Assembly (NCBI RefSeq): GCF_020885515.1
Contig: NZ_AP024987.1
Coordinates: 1,140,001-1,172,000 of the forward strand
Reading direction: 5' to 3'
From: a cyanobacterium endosymbiont of Braarudosphaera bigelowii
Lineage (GTDB): Bacteria; Cyanobacteriota; Cyanobacteriia; Cyanobacteriales; Microcystaceae
Length of the DNA: 32,000 bases
Below are positions 18,877 through 29,364 of the stretch, one piece after another. Each line of letters begins with the position of its first letter. Position 1 is the stretch's first letter. Position numbers and translations under genes: made by a program. Under the pieces are notes generated by a model. That model was not told the DNA's origin and did no database searches. It saw only the letters and a list, made by a program, of their open reading frames with translations.

Positions 18877-21243
18877 TTGCAGGATTATATAAGAGATCCA
18901 TTAATTATTAAGACTCAAAGACTTGAAAAAAAGTTAGATGTTCTTCTAACTAACTTACGTTATGAACAAAAGCAGTTAGCTTGTTGGAAATCTGGCAAAA
19001 TGGCTGTTGCTGCCGTTCCTGGCGCAGGGAAAACTTATAGTCTTGCTGTCACAGCTGCAATATTAATTGCCCGTAATAATTTAAATGTTAATAAGCAGTT
19101 AGTTATCGTTACATATACTCGTTCGGCTGCTACAGCAATAGAAACGAAAATAAAACAACATCTTGTTAATTTAGACATTTCTCAAGATGGTTTTGTTGTA
19201 AATACACTGCATGGTTTAGCTCTTCAGATTATTAATCATCATCCTAATTTTTCTAAATTAAACTTAGCAAATTCAACCCTTATTAATCTCACCTCTAATC
19301 ATAAAGTTATTGAAAATTCTGTTGATAAGTGGATTGACAATAATCCTTTGCACTATGAAAGTTTGTTGAAAGGAACTAAAGTTAACAAAGCTAAAACTGA
19401 ACAATTACGTCGCAAATCTATATTAAGAAACGAAATTTTGCCGAAATTTGCATATACTATTATTAGAGAAATAAAAAGTTCTGGTTTAACTTTAAAAGAA
19501 CTTAAAAAATTTAATGAACGTAAACATAATAATTATAAAACTTTATTATTAGCATTTAGTCTTTATAAGGAATATCAAACAATTATGAAATCTTTCAATT
19601 TTATTGACTATGACGATATGATTCATGAATCAATAAATATTTTGGAAGAGCTTGATATTAGAAAAATTTGGCAACAAAAAGTTTTTGCTGTTTTTGAAGA
19701 TGAAGCGCAAGATTCTAGCCCCTTACAAGAAAAATTAATTTCTATTCTTGCCAGTGATGATAATAATCCAAATTTTGAAGCTAATTTAATAAAAGTTGGT
19801 GACTCTAACCAAGCAATAAATTCTACGTTTACTGCTGCTGATCCAATTTACTTTAACTTGTTTTGTGAGACATGCAAAAACAACAAAACTCTAGTACAGA
19901 TGAATCAAGCAGGACGTAGTAATATAGATATTATAAATGCTGCTAATTTTACTTTAAAATGGATGAGAGACGAATGGATCAAAAAACAAAAAAATATTAA
20001 AAATAATTTTTTAGATCTTCCTCAAACACAAATATTAGAAAGAAATATTCCTTTTCATATACAAGAGATAAAATTAGTTGATCGAAATGATCCTCAAGTT
20101 AATGCTAATCCTCAATCATCTAATCCTGGATTAGAAATTCATATTCCTCAAGATATTTATCATAGTATTAAATTAATACGTCAAAAGATCATTACACTTT
20201 TAGAGCAAAACTGTAATCAAAGTATAGCAATTTTAGTCAGAGAAAATCGCCAAGGCCATTTTTTAGCTCAAAATTTAAAAGATTTTCCTGAAAAATATAA
20301 AATTGCAGTTTATGAGGCAGGGACACAAAATCAGTTTTCCCAAATACCAAAGGATATCTTAACTTTATTAAAGTTTATGGATAGACCACATTCTTCCAAT
20401 TATTTGAAAAATTCTTTGGAAATCTTAGAAAAACATAATTTAATAGCAAAACAAGATTGGAATAAAATAGTAACTAATCCTGAAAATTTTTTATATTCTA
20501 CTCCTCTTGTCTCTGAACCTGAAGAATCCGCTTTACAAGCTCGTAACTATTGTCGTAGTTTACTCAAAGCAAAGTTAGAACTTCCTAGTTATTATCTTAT
20601 TGCTTTTTTAGGAGCAATTTTAAAATACGAAAGTACCGAGTTAGCAAGCGTTCAAAAGCTATCTGATAAAGTTTACGACGAACTAAATGAAGCAATAACT
20701 TTAACAAATATTATTAGTGTTTTAAGAAAAATTATTGATCTAGAACAGTTTGAAGAAATTACAGAAGATAATGAACAACTATATGTTAGACCTAATCAAG
20801 TTACTATTATGACTATGCATAAGTCAAAAGGTTTAGACTGGAATTATGTTTTTTTGCCTTTTCTCTATGATGATACTCTATCTGGTGAAGTTAAAATTTC
20901 TCCTACTTCGAACTTTTTAGGAAATTTTTCTTTAGCAGAAATAGCTCGTATTCAAATTCGAACCTTATCTCATAAGAAGTACTTAAGTTATGAGAACAAT
21001 ATTGATATAACTAAAATAGAACAAGTATGGGAGCAAGCAAAGTTATTTAAGAAAATAGAAGAGTATAGATTAATATATGTCGCGATAACTCGTGCAAAAA
21101 ATACTTTATGGATATCTGCAGCAAAGAAAGGGCCTTCATACTGGAGAAATATTAAAGAAAACGTATTTTTAAAACCTAAAACTCCATGCTTAATTTTCCT
21201 GGCATTAATGAATAAATTTCCACAGTTTGTAACTAAGCACTAA
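18877..21243 (+). CDS. UvrD/REP-like superfamily 1 DNA helicase (divergent motifs, probable TTG start)
   Basis: 788 aa. Motifs are Walker A AVPGAGKTYS, Ia VTYTRSAA, II VFEDEAQDSSP, III VGDSNQAINSTFTAADP, V/VI TIMTMHKSKGLDWNYVFLP and YVAITRAKNTLWIS. The first in-frame ATG (M42) would remove the conserved region just before Walker A, so the TTG at 18877 is the likeliest start. Confidence 0.8.
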   Translation: MQDYIRDPLIIKTQRLEKKLDVLLTNLRYEQKQLACWKSGKMAVAAVPGAGKTYSLAVTAAILIARNNLNVNKQLVIVTYTRSAATAIETKIKQHLVNLDISQDGFVVNTLHGLALQIINHHPNFSKLNLANSTLINLTSNHKVIENSVDKWIDNNPLHYESLLKGTKVNKAKTEQLRRKSILRNEILPKFAYTIIREIKSSGLTLKELKKFNERKHNNYKTLLLAFSLYKEYQTIMKSFNFIDYDDMIHESINILEELDIRKIWQQKVFAVFEDEAQDSSPLQEKLISILASDDNNPNFEANLIKVGDSNQAINSTFTAADPIYFNLFCETCKNNKTLVQMNQAGRSNIDIINAANFTLKWMRDEWIKKQKNIKNNFLDLPQTQILERNIPFHIQEIKLVDRNDPQVNANPQSSNPGLEIHIPQDIYHSIKLIRQKIITLLEQNCNQSIAILVRENRQGHFLAQNLKDFPEKYKIAVYEAGTQNQFSQIPKDILTLLKFMDRPHSSNYLKNSLEILEKHNLIAKQDWNKIVTNPENFLYSTPLVSEPEESALQARNYCRSLLKAKLELPSYYLIAFLGAILKYESTELASVQKLSDKVYDELNEAITLTNIISVLRKIIDLEQFEEITEDNEQLYVRPNQVTIMTMHKSKGLDWNYVFLPFLYDDTLSGEVKISPTSNFLGNFSLAEIARIQIRTLSHKKYLSYENNIDITKIEQVWEQAKLFKKIEEYRLIYVAITRAKNTLWISAAKKGPSYWRNIKENVFLKPKTPCLIFLALMNKFPQFVTKH

Positions 21244-21448
21244 AGATGTATATCTTATAATCATTACAGTATTAAAAATACATAAATCACCAAAACATGA
21301 CAAATAAATATATATTATTTCTTAAATAAAAATAGTTTCTAAAATATATTTAACTGCAAAATTCATAGATACATTAAATTCTTTAAACTTTAAATATAAT
21401 AAAAAAATCTTAGTTGAGCTATAAAGATAAATGCTTACACATTAAAAT

Positions 21449-22732
21449 ATGTTTTCAAAAAAAAATATCATTAAAAATGATCTAACTTTAGAACTTATCG
21501 CTATTCTTAGCATTTATTTTATTCAAGGGATTATGAATTTGGCTCGCTTAGCGATAAGTTTTTTTCTTAAAGATTATCTTTTTCTTAATCCATCTCAAAT
21601 GAGTCTTATAATAGGTATTTCTACTATTCCTTGGGTTATAAAGCCACTTTTTGGATTTTTTTCTGATAATTTTCCACTATTTAACTACCGTCGTCGCTCA
21701 TATCTTATATTTTCAGGTTTATTAGGAAGTTTATCTTGGAATCTTTTAGCAACAGTTAAAAGTAATATTTTGTTAGCAACTATGATTATTACTTTAATTT
21801 CTGTCTCTACGGCAATTGCTGATGTTATTGTGGATTCACTAATTGTAGAAAAAGCTCAAGATAAGTCTTTAGAAAAAGTAGCAGAACTTCAATCTCTGAC
21901 ATGGGGAGCTGTTGCTTTTGGTAGTCTTATTACGTCTTACTTGAGTGGTTGGTTACTAGAAGAATTTAGTGGCAAGACAATTTTTAGGATCACATCTTTT
22001 TTCCCTTTTTTTATTTGTATTATGGCGTTATTAATTGTGGAGAAAAAAATTAATAATGATGTAAATGGTGTTCAATATAGTAGCTGTTTAATAAAACAGC
22101 ATATAAATCAGATATTAAAAGTTATTAGACAGAAATCAATTTTATTGCCAACTCTTTTTATATGCTTTTGGCAGTCTACCCCTAATACAGAATCGGTTTT
22201 TTTTTACTTTATTACTAATGAATTAGAATTCAAAGCAGAGTTCTTAGGAAGAATTCGTTTAGTAACAAGTGTCGCAGCCTTATTAGGAATTTTTATATAT
22301 CAAAAGTTGTTAATAAATATTTCTTTTAGAAAAATTTTAAAATATAGTATTATTACTTCTTCGATACTAGGAATGAGTATGTTGTTACTAGTAACTCATC
22401 TTAATAGAAAATTAGGTATCAATGATTATTGGTTTACTTTAGGAGATAACATAGTCGAAGCTGCTATAGGAAAGATAGCCTTTATACCTGTGTTGACTTT
22501 GTCAACTAAGATATGTCCAAAAGGTATTGAGGCAACTCTTTTTGCTCTCCTAATGTCATTGATTAATTTTTCTGGTATTCTATCTAATGAATTAGGAGCA
22601 TTTTTAACTTATATTTTGGGAATTACAGACATCAATTTTGACAAATTTTGGATATTAATTATCCTAGCTAATTTATCTACACTTTTACCGTTATTGATTA
22701 TCAATTGGTTGCCAGATGAAATAAAAAGTTAA
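21449..22732 (+). CDS. Folate-biopterin transporter (FBT/BT1 family, MFS-type)
   Basis: 427 aa with about 12 TM segments. The signature WVIKPLFGFFSDNFPLFNYRRRSYL matches the BT1/FBT motif (KP.wG..sD..P..GyrRr.Y). Confidence 0.8.
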   Translation: MFSKKNIIKNDLTLELIAILSIYFIQGIMNLARLAISFFLKDYLFLNPSQMSLIIGISTIPWVIKPLFGFFSDNFPLFNYRRRSYLIFSGLLGSLSWNLLATVKSNILLATMIITLISVSTAIADVIVDSLIVEKAQDKSLEKVAELQSLTWGAVAFGSLITSYLSGWLLEEFSGKTIFRITSFFPFFICIMALLIVEKKINNDVNGVQYSSCLIKQHINQILKVIRQKSILLPTLFICFWQSTPNTESVFFYFITNELEFKAEFLGRIRLVTSVAALLGIFIYQKLLINISFRKILKYSIITSSILGMSMLLLVTHLNRKLGINDYWFTLGDNIVEAAIGKIAFIPVLTLSTKICPKGIEATLFALLMSLINFSGILSNELGAFLTYILGITDINFDKFWILIILANLSTLLPLLIINWLPDEIKS

Positions 22733-22771
22733 TACTAAGGAAACAATTATTTTGAAAAAAATTATGTAATG

Positions 22772-22859
22772 AAATATTATTTAAATCTTTATTGTTGATA
22801 TATAGTACTTTCAAATATTATTTAAATCTTTATTGTTGATATATAGTACTTTCAAATAT
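22772..22859. repeat. Perfect tandem duplication, 41 bp x 2 plus a 6-nt partial third copy
   Basis: aaatattatttaaatctttattgttgatatatagtactttc at 22772..22812 is identical to 22813..22853. The next 6 nt, aaatat (22854..22859), restart the unit. It lies between the convergent FBT transporter and eno. Confidence 0.95.
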
Positions 22860-22888
22860 GATACCTTTTTTTATTTAAAACATATAAA

Positions 22889-22916
22889 AATAGTTTAATA
22901 TTTATATTAAACTATT
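22889..22916. terminator. AT-only 12-bp-stem hairpin between the convergent FBT transporter and eno 3' ends
   Basis: aatagtttaata (22889..22900), loop ttta, tattaaactatt (22905..22916). It is 43 nt beyond the eno stop. The stem is weak because it is all A-T. Confidence 0.4.
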
Positions 22917-22958
22917 ACTGAATTCTGATTCACTAAAATCAAATATTATAATTCAAGA

Positions 22959-24281
<1,323 letters not shown>

Positions 24282-24318
24282 CTATCTATATACAAACAAT
24301 ATAGTAATTTATTACTCG

Positions 24319-24351
24319 TATATAAATAATAGTAAAACTATTATTTATATA
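24319..24351 (-). terminator. Perfect 14-bp-stem hairpin 6 nt after the stop of the UbiH-like gene
   Basis: tatataaataatag (24319..24332), loop taaaa, ctattatttatata (24338..24351). The stem is all A-T apart from one G-C pair, and no clean U-run follows on the minus-strand transcript. Confidence 0.45.
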
Positions 24352-24356
24352 GTTAC

Positions 24357-25601
24357 TTATTTTTTTGATAAGATAGGCTGTTTACCTGATAATCCTGTCA
24401 TTAGTCGCAAAACATTATTTTTTAGAAGCGGTATCTGGTTGATGACTACTAAACCAAAGCGGCGCATTAGTACTAAAAGAAAATAATTATTAGAAAATAA
24501 ACGATCTAGAAAATCAGTAAAACCTAAAATTATCCAGTTTTCCCGTCGCCTTAATGACTCATACTCTTTTAATAGTCTTTGACTACCAATATCTTCACCT
24601 TTTTCCCAAGCTTTTTCTAATATTTCTGCTAAAACTGCTACATCTCTTATCCCTAAATTTAATCCTTGTCCCCCAACTGGATGACAGCAATGAGCAGCAT
24701 CTCCAACTAATGCTAGCCGAGATTGAATATAATTTTTACTTTGCATTAACTGCACAGGGAATAAAGATCTGTTATTCATTAAAGTAATAGAACCTAATAA
24801 TTTCGGAATATGCGTTTTTAATTGTGCTAAAAATTCTGTATCTTCTAGATCGTGAAGAGCTTTGGCTTGAGCATGTGGAAGAGTCCAAACAATCTGGCAC
24901 CGATTATTTGGTAGAGGTAAAATAGCTAGGGGTCCAGTATACCAAAATCTTTCAAAGGCTATATCATTACGGGAAGCCTGATGCTTAATAATAAATGTAA
25001 GACATGATTGCCAGTACTTCCAACCTTGAGTCTTAATCTCTGCAGATGAACGAACAAAAGAAAGTGGTCCATCAGCGCCAACTACTAGTTTAGCTCGTAG
25101 TTTATACGCTATGTCATCCTTTTCTATGTTTACTATGGATTTTGATTTTTCAGTATCTAACTTTACAACTTTAGTAGAAGATAAAAGCTGAATATTAGGA
25201 TACTTTACGGTTTCATTTTGTAAAATATCTAAAATTACTTTATGTTCACCTACATATCCTAAAGAATCTGTTTTTAAATCTGTTGATTTAAACTTTACTA
25301 CTTCTGAGAAGTCAGCATCTGAAAGAAAAATGTAATTAAATTTACTAATTTCAGGTAATATTTTTGACCAAATACCAATACCGTTAAAAATTCTACCAGA
25401 TAGTAGAGAAAGAGCATAAGCTCTTTCTCTACAAGCAACTTTTTCTAAAGTTTGTGATTCTATAATCTTAATTTTTAATCCTGATTCTTTAAGGGCTAAA
25501 GCTAAAGTTGTACCTGCAATACCTCCTCCAACTATAGCAAGATCGCACTCTAAATAACTAGTAGAATCTAATTGATTTAATGTTGCTGGTTGTAAAGTCA
25601 T
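24357..25601 (-). CDS. FAD-dependent aromatic-ring hydroxylase, UbiH/UbiF/VisC/COQ6 family
   Basis: 414 aa with DLAIVGGGIAGTTLALAL (the FAD GxGxxG), VGADGPLSFVR and LVGDAAHCCHPVGGQGLNLGIRD. Confidence 0.8.
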   Translation of the reverse strand: MTLQPATLNQLDSTSYLECDLAIVGGGIAGTTLALALKESGLKIKIIESQTLEKVACRERAYALSLLSGRIFNGIGIWSKILPEISKFNYIFLSDADFSEVVKFKSTDLKTDSLGYVGEHKVILDILQNETVKYPNIQLLSSTKVVKLDTEKSKSIVNIEKDDIAYKLRAKLVVGADGPLSFVRSSAEIKTQGWKYWQSCLTFIIKHQASRNDIAFERFWYTGPLAILPLPNNRCQIVWTLPHAQAKALHDLEDTEFLAQLKTHIPKLLGSITLMNNRSLFPVQLMQSKNYIQSRLALVGDAAHCCHPVGGQGLNLGIRDVAVLAEILEKAWEKGEDIGSQRLLKEYESLRRRENWIILGFTDFLDRLFSNNYFLLVLMRRFGLVVINQIPLLKNNVLRLMTGLSGKQPILSKK

Positions 25602-25745
25602 ACTAGATGTAGTTTCGCAAAAATAATAGTAAGTGTCTACTATTTATTGTGACCTGAGTTTTGACAAGGTGCAAGAGAAAATAATCTACTTCGTATCTTA
25701 ATACTTTTAAAATAGATAACCTTGTAAAGTATTACAGCCTATATA

Positions 25746-28370
25746 TCAAGTTAATAATAATATTTGTCTATGAATTTTTAGCAAGCTAATTTTTTGTCTT
25801 GATATTTTTTCTAGCATTAAAACGACATCTTTAGGAGATAATATAATCCCTTCATCTTGAAAATTACTCGTAAACGAGAGAACAACGACTTCATTTTCAA
25901 AAGAATCTAGTTTCAAAGAAATCATTTGATTTCTTAAGTTAATAATCTTAAAGTTTCCTGATTTTGTTGTTTTTTCCCAGTTAATTTCTTTTTTTACCAA
26001 AATACTATTAATCCAACTTTCCCAAACTTTTCTAGATATTATATGCTTTGTTTCAAGTTTAATAAGATATTCCGACCCCTTTAGTAACTGAGTTGTTGAT
26101 TTAGAATTAGTCTTTATTTCTTCAATATCGTAAAGTGGTAAATTTTTGGGTAAGCTATTTTGCAATACTGAATAGAAATCAGTGATGTCTAGAGTTTCAG
26201 TTAATTCAAAATCAATAATTTCTCCATTACTTGTTACACCTAAAGTAAGTGCATTAGCAATAGAAAATCTAGGCCCAGGGTGATACCCTCCAGTAAAAGA
26301 TATAGGTAGAGATGCACGTCGTAATACTCTATCAAATAGACGTATTAGATCAAGATGACTTAATAAAGATATTTCATTTATTTTTCCAAAATAAATACGA
26401 AATCTTTGAACTCTAATGTTATTAACTTGAAAATTACCATTGAATTTTGGAACAGGAGGTGGAGGAACTATAATATTGTGACCAAAATTTAAACCACATA
26501 CTCCACAATGAGAACATTTTTCAAAAGCACAATCAGGAATTAATACTTCTCTTAAAGCCCTTTCTAAATCTTCCAATAACCATTTTTTACTAATACCAGT
26601 ATCGATATGATCCCATGGCAAAGGTATATCGCATAGCTTATGTTGTTTGGTTGTATTTTGAACTTCACTAAAGATATTCCATTCTCCTTTTTCTATGCTG
26701 CGATACTCCCAACTAAGTCCTGACTCTTGAATAGATTTTTCCCATGCTAAGTAGGCTTTCTCTGCATTTTCCCACCATGAATCCATTCCAGCTCCCAATT
26801 CCCAGGCACGTTTAATGACTTTAGATAATCTTCTGTCACCTCTTCCAATAAAATCTTCCATTCTTGAAATTCTCAAATCAGTATAATTAACCTTGATACC
26901 TTTTTGAGACTTAAATGCTTCTTTCAACAACTTTTGTTTATCTTTAAACTCTGAGTTAGATACTGAATGCCACTGGAAAGGAGTATGTGGTTTAGGAGTA
27001 AAATTAGATATGGTAATTGTAAAGCTCAACGGCTTTCCCTTTTTTTTTCTACACTCTTGTTGTAACCATTGAACAGTTTCTACAATACCAAGAATATCTT
27101 GATATGTTTCTCCTGGTAAACCAATCATAAAATAGAGTTTAATTCTATCCCATCCTTCTTCAACTGCTGTACTTATCCCTTGCAAAAGTTCTTCATTTGT
27201 TAGTCCTTTATTGATTACATCACGCATTCTTTGAGTTCCTGCTTCAGGAGCAAAAGTTAAACTAGACTTGCGATTTCCACCAATAATATTGGCAATATTT
27301 TTATCGAATCTATCTACTCTTTGGCTAGGAAGGGATAAAGTAATATTATATTTTTGGAGACGATTTTTAATTTCTATACCTACACTTGGGAGAGCTAAAT
27401 AGTCAGAACAGCTTAAAGATAGCAGTGAAAATTCGTTATATCCAGTTTCTCTAATACCTTGTTCGATAGTTCCTATAATTTCTTCAGGTTCAACATCTCT
27501 TGCTGGACGTGTCAACATTCCTGGCTGACAAAATCGACACCCACGTGTACATCCACGTCTTATCTCCACTACTAGACGATCATGAATGGTTTCAACAAAA
27601 GGGACTAATCCTACACCATAAGAAGGCATAGGACGAGCTACACGGCGTACAATTTTTGGACAAACATCTAAGTGATTAGGTATAACTTGACCAGATTTTT
27701 TTACGTTATAAAAACGAGGAACATATACACCTGGTATTTTGGCTAGGTCTAATAATAATTCTTGTTTATTTAACTGATTAGCTTTTCCTTGTTCAACAAC
27801 TAAACCTATTTCTGACAAGAGTTCTTCTCCGTCTCCTAACGCTAGGAAATCAAAAAAATCAGCAAAAGGTTCAGGATTAGAAGTAGCAGTTTGCCCTCCA
27901 GCAAAAATTAAGGGATAGTCCCAATTTTTTTGTAAATTATTACTTGAATCTTTTATTGAAAGTTCTCTTTCTTTCCAAGTTAAAGGAATTCCTGATAAAT
28001 CAAGCATTTCTAAAATATTCGTTATTCCAAGCTCATAGCTAAGATTAAAACCAAGGATATCAAATTCTATTAGTGGATGGCGAGATTCTAAACCGAAAAG
28101 TAAGGTATTAGTCTCTCTTAATCTTGTTGCTAAATCTGGAGCAGGTAAATAAGCACGATCACATAATTGACGAGGTTGAGTATTTAAAATATTGTATAGA
28201 ATAATATGACCTAAATTAGATGCTCCTAATTCATAAACTTCTGGATAAGTGAGTACCCAACGAACATTGACGTCATTCCAAGGTTTATGTTTAGCACCTA
28301 CTTCATTACCAAGATATCGAGCTGGTTTAACAATATTTGGAGTAATGAGTTCTTCTATATCGATTATCAT
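25746..28370 (-). CDS. Uncharacterised radical SAM enzyme: B12-binding-like N-domain plus radical SAM core, fused to a C-terminal DUF2344 (radical SAM-linked) domain
   Basis: 874 aa. The radical SAM CX3CX2C motif appears in EIRRGCTRGCRFCQPG. The C-terminal half contains SHLDLIRLFDRVLRRASLPISFTGGYHPGPRFSIANAL, typical of DUF2344. From memory the architecture matches the TIGR03960/TIGR03936-type proteins, which are separate genes in many bacteria. Confidence 0.8.
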   Translation of the reverse strand: MIIDIEELITPNIVKPARYLGNEVGAKHKPWNDVNVRWVLTYPEVYELGASNLGHIILYNILNTQPRQLCDRAYLPAPDLATRLRETNTLLFGLESRHPLIEFDILGFNLSYELGITNILEMLDLSGIPLTWKERELSIKDSSNNLQKNWDYPLIFAGGQTATSNPEPFADFFDFLALGDGEELLSEIGLVVEQGKANQLNKQELLLDLAKIPGVYVPRFYNVKKSGQVIPNHLDVCPKIVRRVARPMPSYGVGLVPFVETIHDRLVVEIRRGCTRGCRFCQPGMLTRPARDVEPEEIIGTIEQGIRETGYNEFSLLSLSCSDYLALPSVGIEIKNRLQKYNITLSLPSQRVDRFDKNIANIIGGNRKSSLTFAPEAGTQRMRDVINKGLTNEELLQGISTAVEEGWDRIKLYFMIGLPGETYQDILGIVETVQWLQQECRKKKGKPLSFTITISNFTPKPHTPFQWHSVSNSEFKDKQKLLKEAFKSQKGIKVNYTDLRISRMEDFIGRGDRRLSKVIKRAWELGAGMDSWWENAEKAYLAWEKSIQESGLSWEYRSIEKGEWNIFSEVQNTTKQHKLCDIPLPWDHIDTGISKKWLLEDLERALREVLIPDCAFEKCSHCGVCGLNFGHNIIVPPPPVPKFNGNFQVNNIRVQRFRIYFGKINEISLLSHLDLIRLFDRVLRRASLPISFTGGYHPGPRFSIANALTLGVTSNGEIIDFELTETLDITDFYSVLQNSLPKNLPLYDIEEIKTNSKSTTQLLKGSEYLIKLETKHIISRKVWESWINSILVKKEINWEKTTKSGNFKIINLRNQMISLKLDSFENEVVVLSFTSNFQDEGIILSPKDVVLMLEKISRQKISLLKIHRQILLLT

Positions 28371-28463
28371 AAATAGTTCCCTGAGATTCTTTCCTAATGT
28401 TCTTTAGTCTTTCAAATGTATTAGAAGTATAGAGAAAAGAATTAAAAAATATAAAACAATCTT

Positions 28464-28832
28464 TCAATATTTAAACAGTTCACTTCCGACTGCTTCTCTT
28501 GTTTGGTGTATATATACTTGGCGATCATTGTAGATTTCTAATGCCTGATCTAATTGGGTTAGCTCAAAAATAATACGTACTGAAGGAGATAAAGAACAAA
28601 CACTTAACTTTTTGTTGAGGCGTTGAGCGAGCCGAAAGGCTGACACAATGGCTATTAGTCCTGTACTATCTATAAATTCAACTTTTCTCATATCGACTAA
28701 GAACTTTTTACAAACACTATTACTTATAAAACTGTTTAATTCTTTTTGAAAATCACTAACATTGTTAGAAGTAATATAGCCATTAGGTTCAAAAACGGCT
28801 GTTTCCAAATGAATTAAATGATTTCCTATCAT
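28464..28832 (-). CDS. STAS-domain protein (anti-sigma-factor antagonist, SpoIIAA-like)
   Basis: 122 aa. The pattern VDMRKVEFIDSTGLIAIVSAFRLAQ is the classic STAS F(I/M)DS(S/T)GL phospho-acceptor region. No partner kinase or phosphatase is visible in the window. Confidence 0.75.
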   Translation of the reverse strand: MIGNHLIHLETAVFEPNGYITSNNVSDFQKELNSFISNSVCKKFLVDMRKVEFIDSTGLIAIVSAFRLAQRLNKKLSVCSLSPSVRIIFELTQLDQALEIYNDRQVYIHQTREAVGSELFKY

Positions 28833-29325
28833 TGATATTTTTCCTCAAATTTACAATTAATTTTTACTATATTAATCAAATCATAGATGATTTTTAAAAA
28901 TATACTCTTTTGTAAAAAATAAGCTATTAGTTATAGTTTCTAATGTTATTTGTGTAGCTAAATATTTTTTGATTAATATAACTAATTTTTATATTTCAAA
29001 AATAAATATCAATGAAAATTATTTCTAAAAGTTTTCCGAACTTACTTTATCCATGGAAATTAGTCTAGCATTATATAGATTGTTTGTCATAGAAAATGGT
29101 TCTCTTATTATTTTTTTTAATCCTAATAAACTTTAACTTCTTGTTTGTTAGGATTTAAAAAGAGATTGATTGAAAGATGTTAGCTTACATTACTCGATAC
29201 TAAAGAATTAAAATTTTATGAAAAGTAGGAACTGATATGATAATACAATATATTTAGCTAAACTTTTATTTAGTTAATAGTTTAAAGTCTGTAAAATTGA
29301 TCGGTTATTATACTGTTTGTTGTCC

Positions 29326-29341
29326 AGAAGAATATTCTTCT
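29326..29341 (-). terminator. 16-bp perfect palindrome 24 nt downstream of the RDD-gene stop (weak terminator candidate)
   Basis: agaagaatattcttct (29326..29341). As RNA it would form only about a 6-bp stem with a 4-nt loop. Confidence 0.25.
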
Positions 29342-29364
29342 AACTATTTTATTAGTTTTTTTTA

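Noticed and set aside
18877-21243. UvrD-like helicase as part of an anti-phage defence system (Gabija-like or similar)
   Set aside because: No partner nuclease, ATPase or other defence gene is adjacent. The flanking genes are psaK and a folate transporter. The context is core genome.
21244-21448. Possible folate/THF-type riboswitch upstream of the folate-biopterin transporter
   Set aside because: No structured G/C-containing helices are visible, and that riboswitch class is not known from cyanobacteria.
22772-22859. CRISPR array (also considered for the 18-bp repeat at 3715..3750)
   Set aside because: The repeats are directly adjacent with no spacers and only 2 copies. No cas genes are in the window. 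They are simple tandem duplications.
24554-24787. 77-aa ORF on the plus strand
   Set aside because: It is antisense inside the UbiH-like gene. It is leucine-rich because it reads the complement of a conserved coding region. It is a shadow ORF.
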